NCBI RefSeq assembly: GCF_009914755.1
Contig: NC_060947.1
Strand: one strand, 5' to 3'
DNA: 64,000 bases
DNA from: the human T2T-CHM13v2.0 reference genome, Homo sapiens
In this document: positions 52,955-64,000 of the stretch, piece after piece
How the letters are laid out: each line of letters begins with the position of its first letter
Numbering within the stretch: the first letter of the stretch is position 1
Notes under the pieces: model-generated
The model's input: only the letters and a program-made list of their open reading frames with translations
Database searches by the model: none
What the model was told of the DNA's origin: nothing
Program-made: the position numbers and the translations under genes

Positions 52955-54005
52955 TTTTCTTTTTCTTTCTTTTTTTTTTTTTTTTTTAATTTTACTTTAA
53001 GTTCTGGGATACATGTGCAGAATGTGCAGCTTTGTTACATAGGTATACATGTGCCATGGTGGTTTACTGCACCTATCAACCCGTCATCTAGGTTTTAAGC
53101 CCCACATGCATTAGGTATTTCTCCTAATGCTCTCCCTCCCCTTGGCCCCCACCCCTTGACAGGCCCCCGTGTGTGTTGTTCCCCTCCCTGTGTCCATGTG
53201 TTCTCATTGTTCAACTCCCACTTATGAGTGAGAACATGCAGTGTTTTGTTTTCTGTTCCTGTGTTAGTTTGCTAAGGATGATGGCTTCCAGCTTCATCCA
53301 TGTCCCTGCAAAGGACATGATCTCATTTTTTTATGGCTGCATAGTATTCCATGGCATATATGTGCCACGTTTTCTTTATCTAGTCTATCATTGATGGGCA
53401 TTTGGGTTGGTTCCAAGTCTTTGCTATTGTAAATAGTGCTGCAATAAACATACGTGTGCATGCGTCAAATGGTATTTCTGGTTCTAGATTTTTGAGGAAT
53501 CGCCACACTGTCTGCCACAATAGTTGAACTAATTTACACTCCCACCAACAGTGTAAAAGCATTCCTATTTTTCCTCAGCCTCGCCAGCATCTATTGTTTC
53601 CTGATTTTTTAATAATCACCATTCTGACTGGCGTGAGATGGTATCTCATTGTGGTTTTGATTTGCCTTTCTCTAATGATCAGTGATAATGAGCTTTTTTT
53701 CATGTTTGTTGCTGCATAAATGTCTTTTTTTGAGAAGTGTCTGGTCATATCCTTTGCCCACTTTTTGATGGGGTTGTTTTTTTCTTGTAAATTTGTTTAA
53801 GGTCCTTGTAGATTCTGGATATTAGACCTTTGTCAGATGGGTAGATTGCAAAAATTTTCTCCCATTCTGCAGGTTGCCTGTTCACGCTAATGCTAATTTC
53901 TTTTGCTGTGCAGAAGTTCTTTTAATTAGATCCCATTTGTCAATTTTGACTTTTGTTGCGATTGCTTTTGGTGTTTTAGCCATGAGGTCTTTGCCCATGC
54001 CTATG
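52955..54005 (-). mobile_element. 5'-truncated L1PA (3'UTR plus ORF2 end), about 1.05 kb
   Basis: tactttaagttctgggatacatgtgcag 3' end, ORF2 C-terminal remnant (ORF 53380..53562); 16-bp TSD at 52939-52954 and 54006-54021. Confidence 0.95.
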
Positions 54006-55793
54006 GCGGACGGTATTTTCTAAGGCTAAGGAGAGAGGAGGAACTTTTGAGGGCCGTAGATAGTAGACTATTTCCGTTTTGGCTCCTTGACAAAGAAGAG
54101 AAAAATTTTGCGGGCACAAAAACGGTTGCTAGGCATCTCAAACGTAATACATACAAAAATAATACATGCTTATTCTCCAAACACTGTTGTTACCTATGCA
54201 GTTCATGCTGTGAGATGGACGAGGGAACCTAGGGGGTAGTATGGAGTCACGGACCATCGGAACAAGACATGATCTTGAAATTCACCTAGTTACAGCACCC
54301 TGTTCTCAGGTGGGGGAATTGAGCTCAGAAACAAGAAGCATCTTTTTTAAACACAGGAAGAAAAAAATGAGAGAAATAAAACAGAAGGATAAAGCGGAAA
54401 AATAGAGATCATCTGTATTCCTACTATTAACATTATTATATATATTTACACACATATATACACACACCCACATCTATACTTCCAGATATTTTTCCTATGT
54501 ACATACACACAAATATTCTGTAATGAGTTCATACTAAGCATACTGTTTGCTATACTTGATAGATGAACAGACAAAACCTAAAATATTCAACAGATGAAAG
54601 CATTTAAAAATCTTGAGTTGGAATAAAGCACTGATTCTCAAGTGTTAGTTTCCAAAAGAACCATCTGGTTTTGGGTTTTTTTTTTTTAACATACAGATTC
54701 CTGTACCTCATTCCCCAGAGATTCTGAAACAGTAGGTCTGTGGCAGTCTTATTAATCACTTCTTTAACAAACACCCCAAGTGATTCTGATTCTGTGGTCC
54801 ATGGACCACACTTTGAGAAAAACACTGAAAGAGAGCTTCAAAATCATCTAGTCCAGGAGATTTTAATCTGGAGTTTATGTATGAGTTTAGACAGGATGGG
54901 AGAGGTGTCGGTGAATCCTCAGAAATTACATGCAACATTTATGTATGTGTATTTTTGTGGGGAAGTTTGTAGTTTTCACTAGTTCTCCAATGGGACCTGT
55001 GACTCCTTGCCCTAACCCCTACCCTAATTCAAATATTAAGAAGCACCGATCTGCCCCACTATTGTTTGCTTTAATGTAATTAATTCCTGAAAGTGAGAAC
55101 ATTTGTCAATGAATGTTTACTACCATAGGTGAAACTAATTTGTGAACAAGTGACCCAACACAAGACTAATGAACACTGCATACAGTGTTAGTCATTGCCT
55201 TTAGCAAAATGTCTTTTGACTGCCATCAATGAGACTTGGCAGGAGCTATGTCCTGGGCATAGTAGTCTTCAGAGAACCCACAACTGAGTTGAGCCCTCTG
55301 AAGATGCCCCACCAATACTTCCTGGACTCTAGCTCTTCTCTTTCAATTGTAAATCGCATAACTTTAATGTTCAGTAAAACCCTAAGCTCTTTCTATAAGA
55401 AGAAACAAAAAAAGAACATAGTGGAAAGAACATTGGGTTAGCAGTCAGAGGAGTTGGTTGTGAGACACCACTTACTGGCAGTGTGATCTTAGGCAGGTCA
55501 CTTCATCTGTTTGAACTTCTATATCTTTATTGGTAAAATGAAATAATGAGACTAGAGCTGTTTCTTGATCCTGGCTGCATGTTGGAATCACTTGTGGAGC
55601 TTTAAAAGTGGAAAATTCCCCTTGGTCCCATCCCTTGAGATTCTGATTCAGTTTATCTGAAGTCAGGCCTGGGCATGGTGTTTTTCTCAAAACTCCCCAA
55701 AACAATATTGGTGGGCCTCAGATGATCTCTAAGTTGGCATCAGGTTTATAATTCAAGGATTCTATGTGAGTAAATGCTCATTTATTTAAAATT

Positions 55794-56275
<482 letters not shown>

Positions 56276-56399
56276 TACTGTCCCAATTTGTCAAATATCT
56301 GGTGTAATAAATTGTCGCCCTTTATCTCTTGAAGGTGTCATCAAATTAAAAAAATAAACACAGTGAAATATGAGCAGCCTTACAAGCGAAATCCACCCT

Positions 56400-56985
56400 C
56401 ACCCCCATCACAACCTTTTCCTCAGGCAAATACAAATGCTGGCTCCTTGACTGGGACAGGCATCGTCGTGAGACACAACAATGTTTTGAAAGTTGTAGAT
56501 ACATGCTGGGTATTTTGTCAGCATAAATAGGCTAAAAATTCTCAAGTCTTTGTTTGCACTGAGCTTCCATACTCAGAAATGTTTAATGTTTTCTCCAAAA
56601 AACACTGTGAGAAAGATCCCTTTTCTTATACAGTCTCCCATTACCCTGCCCCAGATTGAAGGAGCTTTTCCTTGGCTTTCGGTGGTAGATGCAGATGTAT
56701 ACGTGAGACTGGGGTTAGTGTTTGAGGAAATCTGTGAGATCCCCTCCGATCTAAGCTTCACAAAGGTTGACTTGATTGTTGGTACCGCTGTATCTAGGGT
56801 GCTTTTATGTGCGCTCCTGAATATACCTCATACCACCCCAGTGCACAAACTCCTCAGCAGTCCCCCCACACTGTCCCCTACCATCATAGGTAGATTAAGA
56901 CTCTTTTCAGCACCTTTGAGAGTGCATGACTTTTTGGCCAAAGAGCAGGAAATCATTGGCAAACATTTCCCTACATGTCAACATA
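56400..56985 (-). pseudogene. Putative decayed large coding exon, downstream of 57621-57812 on the same strand
   Basis: Repeat-free island; catttcttacaccattcag acceptor; protein-like segments that need frameshifts to join. Confidence 0.4.
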
Positions 56986-57016
56986 CTGAATGGTGTAAGA
57001 AATGATGACCCTATCA

Positions 57017-57468
<452 letters not shown>

Positions 57469-57620
57469 CTATTTGCCACCAAAAATCTTTACTTTTTAAA
57501 TTTGCATTATCTTTTTATCTGCCCCATTTTTCCTTTCCCTACTCATCCTTTTTTTAGTTTCTCCTACCCTCCCTCTTTTTCCTTTCTCCTTCTGGCATGT
57601 CCCTTTTTTCTGGATAATAC

Positions 57621-57812
57621 CTTTAATATCTACTGTCTGGATGACAGTATGGTCATCGCTCAACCCCACAGCGAGGTCACAGTGGGCTCAAGGGGCTGCC
57701 AACTCTTCAGCCAGAGTTCTCTGGATAAATGGAAACATGCCATTTTGAGTTGTTTGTTCTCCTGGCCAGTAGTATTCTCAACCTCCCCTGCCAAAAGATC
57801 TGATCCAATCTG
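57621..57812 (-). pseudogene. Putative decayed coding exon of an unidentified gene (192 nt)
   Basis: ttttgttttag acceptor, AAG|gtatta donor, length divisible by 3, protein-like frame with two TGA stops. Confidence 0.5.
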
Positions 57813-58034
57813 CTAAAACAAAATGGTTTATGCATCACAACCACTGGAGGGCTTATTAAAACACAGATTACTAGGCCCCACTGTGAAGTTCAACAGCTCC
57901 GGGATAGGACACAAGAATCTGCATTTCTAGCAACTTCCCTAGTGATCTGATGCTGCTGGTCTGGAGACCACATTCTGAGTAATGAGATCTCAAACTCTCA
58001 GCAGGGGCTCTCTGTCCTCTGGGGAATGGGGTTA

Positions 58035-58750
<716 letters not shown>

Positions 58751-59158
58751 GTTATCCAAAAAGCCACCATTTCCCCTCTTTTGGACCCCAGTCCCATTGC
58801 CCAAAGTAACAACTGCTATTGGTCTTTTTTTTTTTACACTGCAGAGAAAAATCATATATGTACCAGCATATATATTTACATGCTTTTTTAAAAAAATAGA
58901 CAAATATGATATTGTTTAGTGACTTACTTTTCTCACTTAGTGGCATATTTTGAAGATTATTCTTACAAATCTGTAGCTTTACCTCATTCTTTTAAAAGCC
59001 TGCATAATCTTTGTGTAGCTGTACTATAATTTACAAACATAAAAAATATTCTTAAACACCTTTTCCTCAAATCTCTAGATCTGTCTGCAGCATCACCATG
59101 TGGTTAGTATAGGGATTGCATCATAGAACAACACCACTTTATTTTATAGAGAATTTTA

Positions 59159-59372
59159 TTTTATTTTATTTTATTTTATTTTACTTTATTTTTATTTTCT
59201 TTTTTTTTTTATTGATCATTCTTGGGTGTTTCTCGCAGAGGGGGATTTGGCAGGGTCACAGGACAATAGTGGAGGGAAGGTCAGCAGATAAACAAGTGAA
59301 CAAAGGTCTCTGGTTTTCCTAGGCAGAGGACCCTGCAGCCTTCCGCAGTGTTTGGGTCCCTGGGTACTTGAG
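59159..59372 (-). mobile_element. Strongly 5'-truncated SVA (SINE-R 3' end plus A-rich tail)
   Basis: tgatcattcttgggtgtttctcgcagagggggatttggcagggtc...; TSD atagagaatttta at 59146-59158 and 59373-59385. Confidence 0.9.
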
Positions 59373-59476
59373 ATAGAGAATTTTAATAAACCATTTAGAC
59401 TTATGTCACTGTTTTGAAAACTGGAAACGTGCCACAAGATAAGCATTGCTCATCTGGCCAGCAGTTGTGATGCTGA

Positions 59477-60453
<977 letters not shown>

Positions 60454-61020
60454 CTATCTGCCCATTGAACACATCGACTCAGATTGCTCACTGACACCTC
60501 CAATTTAATATATCCTAAACCAAACTCAGCATTTCTCTTTTTCTCCAAGCCAGGTGTCCCTCCCAATTTTTTTTGTTCCCACCATTCTCCCAGTCACCCA
60601 GATTAGAAATCTTGACATTACCTTTAATCCAGCTCCTCCATACCCCAAACTAGCCACACATCAACTTCTGTTGATTTTCCTTTTATTATTTTTCTTCACT
60701 CCATCCTTAGCACTCTATTCCCACCTTAGGCCAGGCCTTTATTATCTAGCTGGTCTCCTTGATTCCAATCCATTTACACACCAATGTCACAGTGATCTTC
60801 CTCAGATAATGCTTTTACCACATCCTGCTCCTATTTAAAATCTTTTGATAGCTCTCTCTCCCTCTCTCTCCTATTATATTAACTCTAGATTCTTCTGCTT
60901 GGCTTTTAAGGGCTTCAGTCTGGTTCCTCCCTACCGAGCCGATCTTTTCACATTACACATTCTCTGCTCTAATTTGGCTGGCCTCCTTACTGCTGCATAA
61001 GTTTTCATTCACATTACATC

Positions 61021-61940
61021 TGTGGCAGACATGGCTTGTTGCCTACCAGTTATTCCCCCTCCTTCCTTAGTAACAGAACCTTGATTATGTTACAGGTGAC
61101 AGTGTGTTCCCCAAGAGGTGAATCATAATTGTTTTAAGCCGGTCATGCATGCAAATTTTTGCTAGTGATGGATATAGGGGTGACTAGGTGACTTAGTTCT
61201 GGCTAATGAGACATAAGGAGAACTCTGAGGGAGTTTCTGGGAAAGATTTTTCCTCTCTGAAAAAGAGATGATCATAGAAAAGAGCTCCATCAATCTCTTG
61301 CTTAAGTTACTAGAGTTAGGATGTGGTGCTTGATGGTGTGGCAGCCATCTTGGAACCATGAGAGGAGACATTGCCATTGCAATGAGGATGTCAAAACAAA
61401 AAGATAAAATTACTGATGATATTGTTGAGTTGCTACACAAACTCTGGGACTGCCCAGCTCCCGGTATCTTGTGAAGTGGTGCTGTGGACTGAATGTGATT
61501 TCCCAAAATTCATATGTTGAAGTCCTAATCTTCAATGTAATGGTATTTGGAGGTGGGACATTTGGGAGGTAATTAGGTTTAGACAAGTTCCTGAGGGTGA
61601 GCTCCCATGATGGGATTAGTGTCCTTATAAGAAGAGGAAGAGACCATAGCCCTCTTTCTTTTCAACATGTGAGGATAAAGCCAAGAAAGCAGCCATCTAC
61701 AAACCAAGAAGAGTGCCCTCACCAGACACTAGATGTGCTGGCACTTTGATCTTGGACTTCCAGCCTCCAGAGTGTGAGAAATCAGTGTTTGTTGTTTAAA
61801 CCACCCATTCTATGGTATTTTGTTATAGGAGCCTGAGCAGACTAAGAGAAGTGGACTAGCAAATATCTGTAAAAGTTTAAGTCACTGATAATTCGGGGAT
61901 TTTGTTACTTGCATTTGAAGTCATCTGAACTAATACCGTA
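61021..61940 (+). mobile_element. MLT1J-like MaLR LTR interrupted by an MLT1A-like LTR (61480-61849)
   Basis: tgtggcagac...tagtaacagaacc start; inner tgctgtggactgaatg...actaagaga with 5-bp TSD agtgg. Confidence 0.8.
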
Positions 61941-62502
61941 CTCTTCATCCAGGAAGCTGTCCATTTGTTCCACCATCAATTTAAATACTGAAATGTTTTC
62001 AAGCAGCAGCTCAAACCCTACCTGCCGGCAAATTATCCCCTGACCACTGCAGACCTCACTGATCTCTTCTGCTGAACTTCTGAACTAATATTTAACAGGT
62101 GTCCTGCAGCTTGGTACTTCATTACGTTAAGCTTTTATGGAACTTTTCACTCTGTTTTCTCCCAGGTTTGCCTCTTCAACTGGGCTAAGTTTCTTGAGAA
62201 CCATGCCTTCTACTACTGTAGTTTGCCTCCGGTACTGCCAGCAGTGCCTAGCATTGTGCCACACAGCTAGTGTCTCTCAACCTTCTTTGTCTGAAGAATA
62301 TTGGTGGCAGTTGCTTGGAATTTTGAGTGCCAAACAAGAGGCACCTTGGTCTCTTCTCACAGTAAGTAACTTTTAACTCTAGGACATGTAATTCAAAGTC
62401 CAAAGTAAACAGATGACATGTTTTGAGCTGAAAGGGTTTATGAGATTTGACAAATTGTTCAGTAGTATTAAACCCTCAAATCTCTACCGTGGAACATATA
62501 AA

Positions 62503-63080
<578 letters not shown>

Positions 63081-63179
63081 CTAAATGCACTTATACTTAG
63101 AAAATTTTATAATCTATTTTTTACTTGCTTAAGCAATTATGGTTGTCTGCCCTACAGAAAGGAAAAAAACAAGATTTGT

Positions 63180-63582
63180 TTAGATTAAACTGATGATTCA
63201 AACTGAAGGACAATGCTAATTTCCAATGTGCTAGAAATGAGTATAAGTATGGAAAAGAAAAAAATACATTTTAAATGACAGAAACATTTTCATGAAAATC
63301 AAGTGAGCATAAATTTTGCAAATTATCCAAATTTAGGAGGGCAAGCTAGTCCACCGATTCAGATTCAAATGCATGAAGATTTCTAATTATCTGGAACAGG
63401 AACAGTGGGCCCAAACCAGTGAGATGAAAGTGAACAGGGATAAACATAAAATCTAGTATTAGGAGCTTTAAAAAAAAATCTATCTCACAAATACAAGATG
63501 GAAGAGACCATATTAGCAAAAACTCATGGGAAAAAGATCTGCAGGATTATGTTACTGACAAATTATGAATCAACAGTGTGAC
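63180..63582 (+). mobile_element. L3/CR1-like fragment
   Basis: tacaagatggaagagacc...gaaaaagatctg...atgaatcaacagtgtga resembles the CR1 ORF2 3' region. Confidence 0.5.
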
Positions 63583-63609
63583 TTTTTTTTTTTTTTTTTA
63601 ATGAAAGTG

Positions 63610-63892
63610 AGCTGGGCATGGTGGCTCACGTTTACAGTCTCCAGCACTTTGGGAGTCCTCAAGGACAGGAGTTCAAGACCAGTCTGTCCAATATGGCGAA
63701 TCCCCAACTCTATTAAAAACACAAAAATTCTCCAGGCGTGGTGGCGCACACCTGTAATCCCAGCCACTCAGGTGGCTGAGACACGAGAATAGCTTGAACA
63801 CAGGAGGCAGAGGTTGCAGTGAGCCGGGACTGTGCCACTGCACTCCATGCTGGGCAACAGAGTGAGACTCTGTCTCAAAAAAAAAAAAAAAA
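63610..63892 (+). mobile_element. Diverged Alu
   Basis: Dimer with A-tail. Confidence 0.9.
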
Positions 63893-64000
63893 GTGAAAAG
63901 TACAAGCTTGGGCCACTTAGGTAGAAAGCTCAAGCAAGCAAGTCAAGGGAGATGATATCCTAATGGACTCTGCCATGGAGTTATATATCCAGTTCTGGGT

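Noticed and set aside
53380-53562. ORF ending in FIAALFTIAKTWNQPKCPSM
   Set aside because: Remnant of the L1 ORF2 C-terminus in a truncated element, not a host gene.

Overview
Human (primate) genomic DNA, rich in Alu, L2 and MIR repeats, containing the complete LAMP2 gene (lysosome-associated membrane protein 2, the X-linked Danon disease gene) on the minus strand. It has a CpG-island promoter near 52.3-52.95 kb, eight shared coding exons, and three mutually exclusive terminal exons in transcription order 9B, 9A, 9C, each with its own transmembrane segment and GYxxPhi tail. All coding exon boundaries were placed from GT-AG sites and give intact frames of 410, 410 and 411 aa. The most interesting unexplained signal lies upstream of LAMP2 (about 56.4-62.4 kb): repeat-free, exon-shaped minus-strand segments with protein-like translations broken largely by TGA/TAG/TAA stops of the C>T-decay type. 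These suggest a decayed multi-exon (unitary) pseudogene that I cannot name. Other items are a TSD-flanked L1PA that splits the LAMP2 promoter, a template-switch-extended MADE1 hairpin, a TA-rich array with a 20-bp hairpin in intron 3, a ~95-bp dispersed duplication before exon 9A, and a short SVA. Repeat subfamily names are by eye and their boundaries are approximate. No prokaryote-type system is present.
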